From the NCBI GenBank assembly GCA_964188305.1, contig OZ076888.1: a stretch of DNA of 64,000 nucleotides; one strand, written 5' to 3'. The position numbers and the translations under genes are program-made. Numbering within the stretch: the first letter of the stretch is position 1; each line of letters starts with the position of its first letter. Below the pieces are notes generated by a model. That model was given only the letters and a program-made list of their open reading frames with translations. It ran no database searches and was not told the DNA's origin. This DNA comes from Podarcis bocagei (Eukaryota). This document shows, one piece after another, positions 38,720-51,829 of this stretch.

Positions 38720-41510
38720 GCAGTTCTAAAATGTCGTAGCCTTAACTGTAGTATGGTTAGGTTAGTCTCCTACCCCCCTCCAAAAACTACGTTTAAAATA
38801 AAGCTGTGCATTTGATGGAGAATATTTTGTTACTTATTTTATTTAAAATATTAATAATGCGAATGACACCAAGGCATCTTCGTGTTAGGTAGGAAAGCAC
38901 TGAAGAGCACAGTTCATCCCTTAATTACAGTGTTTTTCTTAAGTAAACAAACTTTTACTGCCCTTTAGCCGCCTTCTCCTTTGAAGTCTATGAAGCAGAA
39001 AATGGTCGGATTCTTGGTAAATTTGACCTACATCAGTGCAACCAGTTGAGTGCCTGGGAAGGGTGCGGGCTTGGAGTTCAGCATTCAAAATGTACTACAT
39101 TATGTAGTCGTTTCGCTTGAACTTCCCTGCTTAATTAATTTATTTTTGCAGTGGTGGTGGGCTAGGCTTGGGGTGGAGAGAGGGAGAAGTGGAGGTGGAA
39201 TCCTTAGGCCTTACTACAATGCAGCGTTTTCGACTGACCCACCCCGCCCTAAGTTCTCAAACCCAAATGTTTCTGAAATGGCAATAGAACTTCCTGCAAA
39301 TTATTCATGAAGACAGTTCTAGATTTAAACGAGAAAATAATTGCCTTCTCAAATATTAATGACGTTGCGTTTCCCTGAGCCTGGGCAGACAGGAATGGGT
39401 TTCTGGAGATGAGAGAGAGGGAGGGAAGGAGGGAGGGAGAGAGAACGAACTTAATTCACAATAACGTAGCACAGGTATCAAAAGAAGGAAAGCAAAAATC
39501 ACTTCCTTACCATCAGAACTGGCCAAGGGACAATTGTGACCAAGGTGGTGTTTAGGCCGCAGTAAGAGAGGTATGTTTTAACTTGTAATTTATAGTGCTG
39601 GCGCTGGCAAGCTCAATATCCCTCCTCCCCTCCCCCTCGAGAATTTTGCAAATACTTTAATCCAGTCCCAGAGTTGGGAGGATTATGCTAAAATCTCCAA
39701 GCTGTACGTATTGCTCTCCACAGCGAGTCCTGTGAGAGCTACAAGTGTGGGTAGAAAATGGCGGTGTCGACTCGCTGCAGTGTGTGCGCGCGCGCGCCCT
39801 TGCCCCCATCCTTCCTCAGTCCTCGCTTCCTCTCTTCCTCTCCCCCCCGCCGCATCCCTCCACCCCCAAACACACACTTTCAAAAGTGCGGCGGGTCAGA
39901 GACAAACATTCAAGCACATTTCCTTTTGACCGATACATATTTACGCGCAGGGAATCCGGTCCTTTTAACAGGGGGAACTCTAACATTAACCCTAGGCCTG
40001 AAACCATTCATAGATAATGCGCTACAGCCAACAAGGAAGAGCCCCTTTCTGCAATCATTTCTTGTGGCCGAGGCCTTTATTTACCTCTGCCAAGGTGCCG
40101 AGGTGTGGAAGGAAGCTGGCCATTTTTATTTATTTTTTTGTTGTTGCTCGCGAGAAACAAGACCGGTCTTATACCACGATGTAACTCACTCCGCCCGATC
40201 GCTGGGTTTATGACGGGGCCTCTCCCCAGGGCCTCCTAACTTACTGCTTGCCTGTGCTACACCAATCCGCTTGATTTGTTATTTCAGCTGAGTAGCGGAA
40301 GGTCAAACTGTTTCTTTACAAGGAACTATAATTAAAATACTTAAAGAGCCGTCAAAATATACAGATGACCTTCCTTTTCTTTTCTCTCCCCGCCAAAACA
40401 AAGCAAAATGAGTAAATACCTTTCGATGCAGGTACACACGGAGCCTCACTTGTCATGCCTAGCCTGCTAAAAACGTCGTTTTCTCGCAGGCCTGAGACCA
40501 ATATTGGTATTTGCCACCGATATTCTCTAAAATGTGGAACCATATTTTACTCTTTGTAATAACTAGCCGTCCAGCACGGCGGATTTCCCTGAATCATTAC
40601 ACTGACAGAGAATGCTTTTGTAGGGGGGGGGAGTAGCAGTTGCTTAGCTCCCCACCAACATTTCTTAAAGAACACTTTAGCCTTAGCATATTCAGTAGAC
40701 ACAGCTTTTTTTAATTAAAAAAAATGTTTTGTGCTGAAGTCTGAATATACAACATGGCCTCATTAAGGAACTCATGTTTTTAAAATGCTACACAAACAAA
40801 CACACACTAACACACATATGCACTTACCCTGCTATTTTGGCAACATTTGCCTCTAAGAAACGCATAGTATCCTGACCTTCATTCCCATCCCTGTCAAATG
40901 TGCGTTATATCATTTTTTGCGCGACTTTCGTACGCAAGCGTCTCTGTCTGTTGGTTTTTCAGAATAAGGCATCCGTGCCCCGTAGAGACATCAAAGCACG
41001 TGGCTTCAACGTGTTTTCCTTTATCGGTGAAGAATCGCCCATGCAGCCTTTGGTGTACAGACTATCTCCAGTAGATTTCCTGGGGAATCTGGCTTCCTTC
41101 CGTCTCTCACCCCTCCTCACCTTTCCAATATCTCATCCCGCTTATGGTGTTTAATATGTTTCCAATGCATATCATCTAGCCAGATCAATGAGTTCTCCCA
41201 TGGACAATGCACTATGGACTGCGTCGTTGTTTTTCTCTTTCTCTCCGCTGCTAAATAGGTCCCGGTCTGTTAGTTTCTGCAGATTTTCCTTGATAGCAAA
41301 ATGAAATCTTGGCCTACTCAGTAAGGCGTTGGCTTTCCGAGCAGAATGCTACTGAGATACTTCTAGATCATTAATCTATACTAAGGATATGAAGTGGAAA
41401 GATACTCTATCGTAGATTATTCTCCAGAAACTACCAGAACTGCCTTTAGGTTAAGTTATGTATTAATTTAGTTATTTCCATATGAATTTGAGAGAGGTGA
41501 AAGAGGTTAT

Positions 41511-41548
<38 letters not shown>

Positions 41549-41551
41549 GAT

Positions 41552-41596
<45 letters not shown>

Positions 41597-41625
41597 GTTA
41601 GATATAGATAGATAGATCGATAGAT
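41511..41625. repeat. Interrupted (GATA)n microsatellite in the ZIC4 intron
   Basis: About 25 units with interruptions. Confidence 0.95.
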
Positions 41626-42279
41626 TTCTAAACCTGTGCAACACTGGTTCAACCGTGGTATATGTAAACGATGGTTTTAATGAGCTGGCTGCTGACATTT
41701 GCTCATCGTTTCCTCCGAAGCCTACTTTGCAATCCCACTTTCCTCCAGAGCCTATTGGCAAGGTCAAATGTGAGCTCTTGTGCGACTCTGTGTGCGCGCG
41801 CAAGAAGAAGGCGCCTTGCAGCATGTGGAGTTGTTTATGTGGGAGTGCCCGAGACTAGTAAGAAGCTATGCACCACAAGGCCACGAATCCGTAGGTTCTG
41901 GGGTTTCAGATCCTAACCTAGGTTATGTAGCCATCTCTGAAGTAAAGGGGTTGTCAGGTGAGAGAGCTTGGAGGGGCATTTGTGAGATGGGAAATATGTG
42001 TCCATACGGACACGGTACGGATAAGAGGAGCGAGCGAGATGGACAAGGAGCCTAGGGAAGAGAAAGCGTTGTCCCACCTCGTCGCCCCAGGCCCTTCATC
42101 CAAGGCCTGGAACATTTCCACCCTTCCTCTGGAAGGCAGGCATTGATAGGGATGAACACACAAACTCACACAGGAAGCTTCCCCCCTTTGTCATTTCAGA
42201 AGACCCCACAGCTTTAGAGATCTCTCCTCACACCCTTGTAATCCTGTTCACATACAGTGCTGCTAGGCGCTTCTGCTGG

Positions 42280-43100
42280 CTTTGGCTCCACGGCCACTGC
42301 TGGGAAATCGAGGTGGGGCGAGGGCGACAAGAGCTCATCGCTCAATAACCTGTGACCTGCAGACACGCCACCCCGCCACCCCAATAAAACCCGCACACCC
42401 GCACCTTTCCCCACCCTGGTCCTTTACGCAAAGTCTCCCTGGATTCCCTCTTTTCCTTGCAGGCGAGAAGCCCTTCAAATGCGAGTTCGAGGGCTGCGAG
42501 CGCCGCTTCGCCAACAGCAGCGACAGGAAGAAGCATTCCCACGTGCACACGAGCGACAAGCCCTACAACTGCAAAGTGCGAGGCTGTGACAAGTCCTACA
42601 CGCACCCCAGCTCCTTGCGGAAGCACATGAAAGTCCACTGCAAGTCCCCACCTCCCAGCTCGGGCTACGAGTCGTCCACCCCGTCGCTGGTGTCGCCGTC
42701 GTCGGACTGCGGCCGGGAGCCCCCTCAGCCGCCGCCGCCGCCGCCACCACCACCACCTCCCGCAGCGGCTTCCTCCACCCAGGCGGCAGCGAACCTGAGC
42801 GAATGGTACGTGTGTCAGAGCTCAGGGGCCAGCGGCATCCCGACTCCACCCAGTAACTCTCCGTCACCTCACCCGGGAGAGGCCGCTTACACGAACTGCG
42901 AGCCCCGGCCCACTTATTAAAGTCAATACGGTAGGATGGCCCGCCGGCGGCGGCGAGACTGCATTGTTCTTTTCGGGGTGCTGTGGATCCTTGGCTCACA
43001 CTGGACGAACGGCGGGTCGGCAAGGCCCGGTTCTTGGGGGAGGGGCGGAAATCGATCCCAGGCCTGGGGAGCAAGCCCCTCCCCCTCCCCCCTCCCCAGC
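42280..43100. promoter_or_regulatory. CpG island over ZIC4 exon 2
   Basis: High CpG and GC content. Confidence 0.7.
42463..42920 (+). CDS. ZIC4: ZIC4 coding exon 2 (zinc fingers 4-5, Pro-rich tail), read-through form ending ...EPRPTY*
   Basis: Acceptor ttttccttgcag|GC GAG AAG; [30 protein letters not shown] is the ZIC4/5-type finger 4-5; NLSEWYV motif; TAA at 42918-42920. Joined CDS 1647 nt = 548 aa. Confidence 0.93.
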
Positions 43101-44130
43101 CTCTTCCCTCTTCCCCCAGTCAGTCACCTTCGATCAGAAATGCTGCACAGGCTATCCGAGAGAAGATACATGGGGGGGGGGTGGACAAACCTCCTCCCTC
43201 TCTCCCCCACCCCCGTTTTGTATTTATTATGGCACAGAGGACAGCAGACCCCCCCTCCCGCCACCTCCACCTCCCCGCACCTCTTTCCATGAGCTCTTCT
43301 TTTTATTTTACACCCTCCCAGGGCAGACTCCGCGGACCAACTCCTTCCCATACGTTTACAATGGCCTCGATTTGAATGGAAACATCCTTTTGTATCAATG
43401 AACCAAAGTGTTTTAATACGGATTTCTAGCTGTACAGCTGCGATCGTCGGTGCTGGTATCTTGTGATGGTGTTTTTTCTTGGACAGTTTTATTAGCCCAG
43501 TGTCTGGATTTTAATTGGGTTTCTTGGCGGGGGTGGGGGGCTGTGTGCGTGTGCTTTTTTTCCAAAAAGGAACATCAGTATCTATAAATATATTATTTGT
43601 TACCGAACTGTACAACAAATCGATCAATTAAATACTTTGATTAATTTACCAGTTCAGTTGACGTTTTTTTCGGGGGGGGGGAAATCTCTTTACTGCCCCT
43701 TTTTCACCAGTATATTCTTCCCACTTGTCACTAATAAAACAGACCCAAGGGTGGCTTAATGATTTATGGTACATTTTAATTTACACTAGTAATGGATTTA
43801 AATGCATAAACATATTCTCCTTTTCTCTTTCCCCTCCCTCGCATTATTTCTGTTGAATTGTGAGTTCTTGTGATTCCTTAGTGGATGGAAGGTGAGATCC
43901 ATGTTAATTGGAGAGAAGGGGGGGAGTTGTTATGAGTGACGTAATTGTGTTGAGTTGCTTGGATTGTCCAAAAGGATTCACGACGTGTCGATTTTTTCTG
44001 AACCCGTGGTGTAAACCCAGTGGTGGTCTGGTTTTCAAACGCACAACAGTAGTTATGTAAAATAACAATTCGAAATATTAATTATTATTTTTTGTAAAGG
44101 TAAAAATAAAATGGTTTTAAAATCTTGAAC
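42921..44130 (+). other. ZIC4: ZIC4 proximal 3' UTR (read-through isoform)
   Basis: AATAAA at 43733-43738 and 44105-44110, with upstream TGTA/U-rich elements. Confidence 0.55.
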
Positions 44131-44723
44131 ATATGTCGAGGTCTCTAAAGCTATATGATTCTTATCAGCCCTATGCGAGTCCTTGTCTCTAGCGAATTCC
44201 CCAGACGGAGGGGTGGAATGCTTGTGGAAATATTATTATATGGATTTCATTTACTGATTGTAGCTCCTAAACGCATCACTTTGTAGTAAGACCCATATAC
44301 TTCAATGAAACTTATTTACAGGAAGTATATTTAGGAATGAGGGAGGGGGCGTGGTTCATTCTAATCGATTTTTAAACTATGGAAAGGCCCATTTGTCTGT
44401 AGGCGCTATAAGATCTTAGCCAAAACACTTCTACAAAGCCATTTCCTTCAGTTCAGTGAAGGAGAGTGAAGCAAAACGTCCAGCCCAGTCTCTGGGTTAG
44501 CCATGTACACACCACCAGCAACAGAAATTTCTTATTTCCTGTGGAATGTATTATCCCTAGAGCAGTCAAGTACAACATTTTCCTGTTGCCTAGAATGTGG
44601 TTCCAAAGGGAATGTGCTCTGAGCGTGAGTGAGGAGGGATAATATCAAAACAATATATCCTCTCCTACCTTCCTTAACATTCCCACGTTTCTGAACTCTT
44701 TCTTTCTCTCTATCTTCCTTGTG

Positions 44724-44805
44724 CAGCAGGACCATATGCTTATTTACTCGGAAGTAAGTTCCACTGAGTTCATTGGGACATCCCAGTGAAGTGTGAACAC
44801 CGTGG
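44724..44805. mobile_element. Decayed ~90-bp palindromic MITE copy
   Basis: tatgcttatttactcggaagtaagttccactgagttcattgggac. Confidence 0.5.
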
Positions 44806-45337
44806 TACTTACGTCTGAAGATGGGGCGGTTGGTGTCATTCAGGCATTCACATTTAAAAAATAAAAAAATAAAAATAGAAGAAAGTCTACCTATTTGGGT
44901 ATCAATCCATCTATCACCTATCTACCTTTTGAACAATGTGCATGACTTGGTTCCCCATTCCTTCTCACTGCCTCAGCGAGAGATCCTTAATAGATCGTCG
45001 AGTTAAATGGACGAAACATAGCAAACAAAGAAATAACCATCCCGTCCCGATTCTCAGGATAAAAATTAAAACAAGATATTCGTTGCCATTACTGCTGCTG
45101 CTCGTTTACTCCCTCTGATCTAGTGGAGCCGTCGTGGAAATGAGAAGGTAGAGATGGATGGATGGAGGCCATCTGCGAAAGATGCTTCCACCTTGTCTGG
45201 AGTTGGGTTGCCCCCTCCCGGCTCCGTCCCTCGGCCCTCCTCCTCCCTCTCCCTTTTCTTCTTGATTTCTTTCTTTGCAGAAGCGGTTTTTGGATGTGTA
45301 GGCTAATCACCTTTAATTTTTCATTTGCTTGTTACAG

Positions 45338-46787
45338 ATGTCTATCCCGTTGCTCTCAAGGTAATCTAGACAGAGGCAGCTGAAAAGCCCCGCATCTTAT
45401 GCCTTAGACATCAAAGCAGTCTCTCACAATGAAAGTATTTCTTCGCAACGGTGAATCTTCATGGTGAGTTAAGATTTCTATAGCAATAGGCAAGTCATAC
45501 TTAAAAAGAGTGAAAAGCGAAGTCTGGAGCCCGTCCAGTCTTTTCATGAAGGACATAATATTTAGGTCTAACAGATTCTCTCTCATTCTCCCCATCCCCT
45601 CGCCGCTCAGTTTCTTTCTCCCATCCTCACCGATGTATATATAAAAAAACAGAAAACACCCCAACAGTGCCAAAACCACATCACACACACACACACACAT
45701 TTGTATGTTGTGTTCGTGATGGACGTGGAGTATGCATATTTTCCCTCCGAATTTCCGGGGCAAGAAAACCCCCACGCGAATGGGGGTCCTTGTTCCAGCC
45801 CATAATCAGAATGGATAAGAATGTCAGGAAGAAAAAGGGGGCCGCCTGAATCGCCGTCCGCCAGTTCACTTTTGTTTCTCTCCTTCTGGGCCATGATCAG
45901 AGACGGCCTTTGGGATTTGATGGCGACTTTTCTAAAGGCGAGGAAATGGGTTTGAAGGAGGGAAAAGAAAAGGAGAAAGGTCTAATCAAGCCCGGCCTTG
46001 TTCAAAGGCTCTGATTTTTATTTTATTTTTTTTGGTTGGAGGGTGGGGGTTGAAAGTGTGAGCTTTATGGTGCATCAACATGCCACGTTAGGATCGCTAT
46101 GGTAATGAGCCTAGCAATAGCAAGCGCCCTTGAAAAGGAGGCACACTCCATTCGAGACAGTCTATTAAGATACATTTGCACTGACCTTTGGTTTCATGCT
46201 AGCTTAATACATTCAATCTGCTCTTCCTCAGAGATGGACTTCCTCCATCTCGTCCCCTTCGGCTTGCTTTGCTGGCTTGCTCTCTAAGGAGGGCTTTTGT
46301 TGCAGCATCTTGGATCTTTGCGATTAAGAAACCGAAGTAGGGGAGGGCGGGAGGGGGCGAGGCGGTTTTATAAGAGCTACCAGTGTCGAGTGAAATTTTG
46401 CACCCATGGAAATCTGGGGCTGGGCTGGGACTCAATAGTAGAGGACCCACTTTTGTTCAAAGCAGCCCATCTGGCTAGAATAGGACTGCTCAGGAGCAAG
46501 TCAGTAGTGGACCAGTTTTGTTTACTAGTGAGCTCACAAAACTCTTGTCTCCACGCCCCTAGCCTTAACCCTCCTAAGACATCCTACAAGCACGGTCCAA
46601 ACAGTAGCTGGTGTCACTATTCTTATTCATAAATGTATATATTTGCTGATCTTTGCTTTGCAAGTAACATTTCGATATTTCTGTGTCTGACTCCATCCTC
46701 CTTAGGATCTAGCTCCTTGCTGAATGCTGCGGCTTTAAGTTGCTTTTTGACACTATTTCCTTCTTTGTAAACACACACAGTCACATC

Positions 46788-46819
<32 letters not shown>

Positions 46820-47200
46820 TGAAGATAGAGACTGAACTAGAAAGGGATGCCATTTCCAGAACAAAGACTGAGGAATCTTCTGAATTTCTTGACTCTTTCA
46901 CGGAAACAAACAAGGACTAGATCCTAGGTGTGTGGCAAAAACCATGTCCCAAGAAATTAGGGTTTAATGCCTTCCAGGGCTACAGAACTTGACACTCCCA
47001 AGTCTGAGGCCACGGACGATGGGCCACGGTCCCGGGAAAGTTAGAAGTCCATGTTCCAGTAATTGTCTTCTTGTTTATTTTATCCAAGTACCCCAGTGAA
47101 TAGGGGAAAAATAAACACGCCGAACAAAAAAAAAATTCAAACAGTCGAGTCGTCTTTAGTGCTAGCCCTTGTGGCTGAATAAAAAAGGATGGTCCAATTT
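45338..47200 (+). other. ZIC4: ZIC4 alternative terminal exon (last base of a split TGA stop + distal 3' UTR)
   Basis: Strong acceptor tttttcatttgcttgttacag|ATGTC. Joined to donor GAATG|GTACGT (42805) it forms TG+A = stop. AATAAA at ~47110 and ~47178; the 3' end is uncertain. Confidence 0.65.
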
Positions 47201-48759
47201 CTATTGAGCTGAAAAATCTTTGAAGTGGGAGTTATTATCTGAGAAATTCCTCCTCGTCGCCCTAACAACGCTGATGAAACGTAAAAAGGTTCTTTGTCAG
47301 CGATTTGTTCTCCCCTCTGTCAAACTCCCTCTGCCCCGTTAGCTGGGACCGTTTCTAAAGAGATGGAACCAAACTTCTTAAAAGATAACGTTGGGATGGA
47401 GACAGAAAATGTCCCAGTATACAATCAGATACATACATCTACCTACGTCTGTCTGCCTATGTCTGTCTCTCTGTAGGTGGAGGGGGGCGTGTAGCTCTAG
47501 GGTGGGGAGGGTGGGAGGGGGAAACGAGAGGGGGGTGGAGAACGAGAGCGAGAAAGGATCCCTTCTGCTTTCCGAACTTCTCAGCCCCAGAGGAACTGGA
47601 TCTTCTATTCCGAACTCATTGGCTTGAATTCTGCCCAAGCCTTTGTTCTTTGCACAAAACCCAACTTCCTACGAACGCCGTCCATGAACACCAAGTCTGT
47701 AGCTGCTGAACCTCGCTACCCTCCCATTATCCCAGTATAAAGAATGCAACAGCTCGTACATGCCTTTATTGCAGGCTCGGCTCGTGTTAATGCTGAGACT
47801 ACCTACTAAAAAGCACGTTTCTCTACTGCAGTGCACTAAAATGGTTACGCCTTCAAAGCGATGGCTTCCATATGTCTCAATGTTTTATTATCAGCGAGTG
47901 GAAAGAAAAGTAACAGCATCCCACTCACTCCGCAACTTGGTACTCTCAATTGGGAGGAAAAAACAACAACAACACCAAACTCAAGAGTCCATAGATGTCT
48001 TTGGGAATGAGATAGTGGCTTGGAGAATGCACTGCTCACCAGTTTAGCATTTCTGCCACACTGGTAGTTTTGGGTCCCCATGAAATGGTAGCATCGTTGT
48101 TGGGCCCTCTTTTGTCGCAGCCAAGTGCTGAGTGTAAACTATTGGCAGTGATCCCAGTAAGTTTTTGTTGGCTCAGAGGCTGAGGAAAGAAGAGTGGTTT
48201 AACTGGTGCCTGTTTATTGGAAGATACTGGGCCTTGCATTATGGAGGCCGTCTTAGGAATTCGCAAGCACCCTGTCCATACCTCAGTTAGCAGAAGGATT
48301 TGTCGTTTAAACCAATTGTACATCATCAGTTCCAATCCATATGTGAAATAAGTCCTAGTGAAATAAATAATAATGACTTCTATGTATCGTGTTTAGTTTT
48401 GAAATGTTTCCAGCGGGACTCTGTGGTCCTAAACAATTTCTGAAGTAATAAGCTTCTTTGAAATAAGTGAGATTCATCTTAAATTTAGGCATTTATTCAG
48501 GATTGAGGTTTAAATAGCACTTGCCTTAATCAGAATGAAAAATATAGACAAAAGAAGAAACACAACGCAACTCCCACCCACCCACACTATAGTATTAGGG
48601 CAATACTTTTATTAGGCCAACAAAAACGTCACAAAATAGTGAGGAAGTTTTTGAGATCTCCAAAAGTTGAGACTTCAGCAAAACGGAGTGGGGGGGGGGA
48701 GAGAAAAATCGTGGCGTTGGTATCATTCTTAAAAGGGGGTGTGAGAAAAGATAGCGGAG

Positions 48760-48935
48760 TAAGGATGACTCCTAATGAAGCTTCCATAGGAGTAAGCCCC
48801 ATTGAAAACAGTGGGACTTGTGGGTAAGCGAGGATTGAGCTGTAAGGCTGCAATCAGATACACATTGACCCGGGAGTAAATGTAAATCCCATTGAACTCA
48901 GTGTCACTTACTTCTGCATAGATAGTATAGGTTTT
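48760..48935. mobile_element. Two adjacent palindromic MITE copies joined by TAA
   Basis: ...ggagtaagccccattgaaaacagtgggacttg...ggattgagctg-TAA-ggctgcaatc...gagtaaa...cccattgaactcagtgtcacttacttctg...tagg. Confidence 0.6.
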
Positions 48936-50055
48936 AAAAAGGGGGGGGGGAGAGGTTCTCCTAGGTACTTTCCAAATTTCAGGTTACATCTTCTAGGATG
49001 ATTGGGTAAGGAAACACACAATGAATGATTCCTCACTATTGAATACAGGAACTTCTGTACATAAGGATATCTCATTTTTTAAAAAACTGATTTCAAAAAA
49101 GGAAGATTATAATCCAAATTCAGTTTCCAATCTACCAATAGATGCAGTTTTCCCCCAGGGGTTTAATGTTTCTTTATTTTAAAAGGATATTTGTACAAAT
49201 TCTGCGTAGTGTTATTGTATCTTTAAATATTTACGAAGCTTCGGTGCTTCTTTTTATAAAGATGAATTAAAATGTTTTATTTTTCGCCCTACCGTGCTAT
49301 TTCTGAAAAGTTTCTTTTAACAATCCCCTCCTATCACTTGTACACTAAACAGCAAAAGGAAAAATCAATTCTACGCAGCAACCATGTATAATTTGGGTCG
49401 GTTTCTAATGCGATGTAATAGCAATTATTGTTGTTGGAATATTATGGACATGTTATGGATTTTTAAATAAATAAAAAAACGAATATTGGATGAAAACGTC
49501 ATTGCTATCTGAAAACTCAATCTTATGGAGAAATAATTTGTACTTTTAAAATAAAGCCCTCCATGAGAAATATAAAACTTGCTTCTTTGTGATTAAATTC
49601 GTCTTTACTTTTCTCTTTTCTCCCCCCCCCCTTCCAGCTGATTCTTTGAAAATCAAGTATCCGTTGTGGCTTCAACAATGCCCCTAGAAAATGATAAACG
49701 ATTCTCTCAAGTTAGGGTTGGAAAGCTATGGTGCCCAAGAAATGGTTTGGCGCAGGAAAATAATATCTGCTTTCTACTACACTAGTGTTTTGTTTTTATA
49801 AATATTTCCAGAACTGCGGGGGTGGGATTGTCTTGTTTTTAAGAAGTTAGTTCACTGGCAGATAGTAATCAATCCCTTTTTCAATGTGAATAGTCCATAA
49901 TGAGTCCCCTCAAATTTCTCCGCCTTCCCACAACTGTATATATCTATCTATCGAACGCTGCTAGCTGTCTATGCCTACTACTGCGTTTTGCTGCACATGC
50001 GCATTGTGCAAGTCGTTGATTCGCCTTTCTCCTGCTTGGAAATATTATCAGTGCA

Positions 50056-50143
50056 AGACCGGAATCCTATGCGCGCTCACTCGACAGTAAGTCCCGTCGA
50101 AATCAGTTGGAGCAAGCAAGCTATATATAGGATAGGGCTGTCA
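50056..50143. mobile_element. Decayed ~90-bp palindromic MITE copy
   Basis: aatcctatgcgcgctcactcgacagtaagtcccgtcgaaatcagttgg...taggatagggctg. Confidence 0.55.
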
Positions 50144-51683
50144 TTGCACAAAAGAAGGACAGGCCACTAAAATCAGCGAGACTCACACCCAAGTAAATGT
50201 GTGTGATGGCTAGCGTCTGTAGCACTTCCTTTTTGCTGGGAAGGAAGGTGTGCTTATACAAACGGTGCTTAGATCTGAGTAAAGCTGGGATAGGGCGATC
50301 GGTTGACTGCCCATTCCTTGGTGTGTTCGGAAGCAAGTCCCCCTGTGCTACTCTCTAGCAAGTGTGTTGAGGCTTCCATTCCACCTTAGTTGTGCTCCTC
50401 ACACTCCTTGCTTGCATTCTTCACAGAATGCATCTGTGTTACTATGCATCTACAGAAAGCCGAACTATATGACCAAGGTGGGGTAGAGGAAGACCAGGTT
50501 AGTGGAACGTGGGAAAGGAGATCAAGGAAGTGAGGGGAATGTGGGTTGTTCTACAGACGGCAAGGTTGGCGAGTAGGAAGCACGACGACAAAAAACAAAA
50601 CAAAACAACGCCCCCTAACCCCAACCCAACGCTGGAGAGTCGGTGACTATTAAAGCCAAGAGTTATATGGCCCCTAATCGCAGACAGAAGCCCTGTAATC
50701 ATCATTGCACTCGGCTGTAGTCAGCAAGACATGGAAGGTTCCCTCGGACAACATGGGGAGAGACGTGTGGGCAGGCTTCCCTGCTTTTTCTATAGACGCT
50801 GCTGCCTTTTTCTTCCTTTAATGCTGACAATCCATTTCGGATGGCTTCCTCCCCTGTTGCTTTCTAGCATCGATCCCCATGCAAGCCCCTGCATTGTGCG
50901 GACGCATTAATTAAAGACCATTCATTTCACAAAAGGCCATTTGTATCTTTAGGAAATGAAGATTAGAAATATGAATCAGGACGGCCGAGCCCCGTTTCCG
51001 CCCAGGCACACTATACAAGGGAGAGGGGCTGGGGGGGGGGGAGGCAGGCAGAAGAAGAAAGGACCTTCGGGGTCTTTGCAACCTCCTTTAATTGAATGCC
51101 CATAAAAACGAATGGCCCGCGCTTCTCTCTAGAAGTATATGACCCGGGGGGTGGTGATGATCCGCCCTCGCCGCCCGGCTTCTTGCGTAGAGACGGTTAG
51201 ATTCGAAGGTAGTGTCAGGGAATGTCAGGCGGAAGCTGGCTCTCGGGTCTTGGTCCGGTTCCTGGAAAGACATTTCCGCTTTCCGAGTAAAGGACCAGGA
51301 ATGTTTCAGAAATGAAAGTTTTGCCAGGAGGAACACAATGGACACTTTCGGGTTAGAGGTTGCGAGCCACGCAGCCACGATTTAAGTTGACTTTGTGCGA
51401 AGTTCCCTGCGCTCTTGGAAGAAACGATGTATGTGTAGTGTGTTACGTGGAGATCCAGAGAAATTCATGCCATGTTCGTTTGCAGGCATACAACACAGCT
51501 TCCATGAATTGCTCTCCTGAAATCTTTGTTCGAAACAACTCTTGAAATCTACCAGGGGTCGTGTCACTACGGAGTGAAGGAGTACCCTCTCGTCTTCTTG
51601 CCTGCTTCCCATACAATTCAATGGGGCTTGCACAAGAGGCTCCTCCGGTGGATTGTGTTTTACACATTTTCAGGCCCGGTATA

Positions 51684-51829
51684 CAGTGGCGTAGCGTGGG
51701 TTGTCAGCACCCGGGGCAAGGCAAGTAATTTGCGCCCCCTAACCCGTGGATTTGCGCCCCCTAACCCTAACCCCCAGATGTTGCGCCCGGTGCGGCCGGC
51801 CCCCCTGCACCCCCCACGCTACGCCACTG
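51684..51829. mobile_element. Young non-autonomous hAT-type MITE, 146 bp
   Basis: Perfect 17-bp TIRs CAGTGGCGTAGCGTGGG / CCCACGCTACGCCACTG and a perfect 8-bp TSD CCGGTATA (51676-51683 and 51830-51837). Confidence 0.93.

Noticed and set aside
36440-42920. Alternative identity as ZIC5 (or ZIC2 for the partner gene)
   Set aside because: The partner has the ZIC1-type N-terminus ([18 protein letters not shown]) and ends NEWYV*. This gene lacks the ZIC5 poly-Pro insert in ZF1 and has the ZIC4-type [18 protein letters not shown] and [19 protein letters not shown] segments.
42475-43074. 199-aa minus-strand ORF over ZIC4 exon 2
   Set aside because: Antisense shadow of GC-rich coding sequence.
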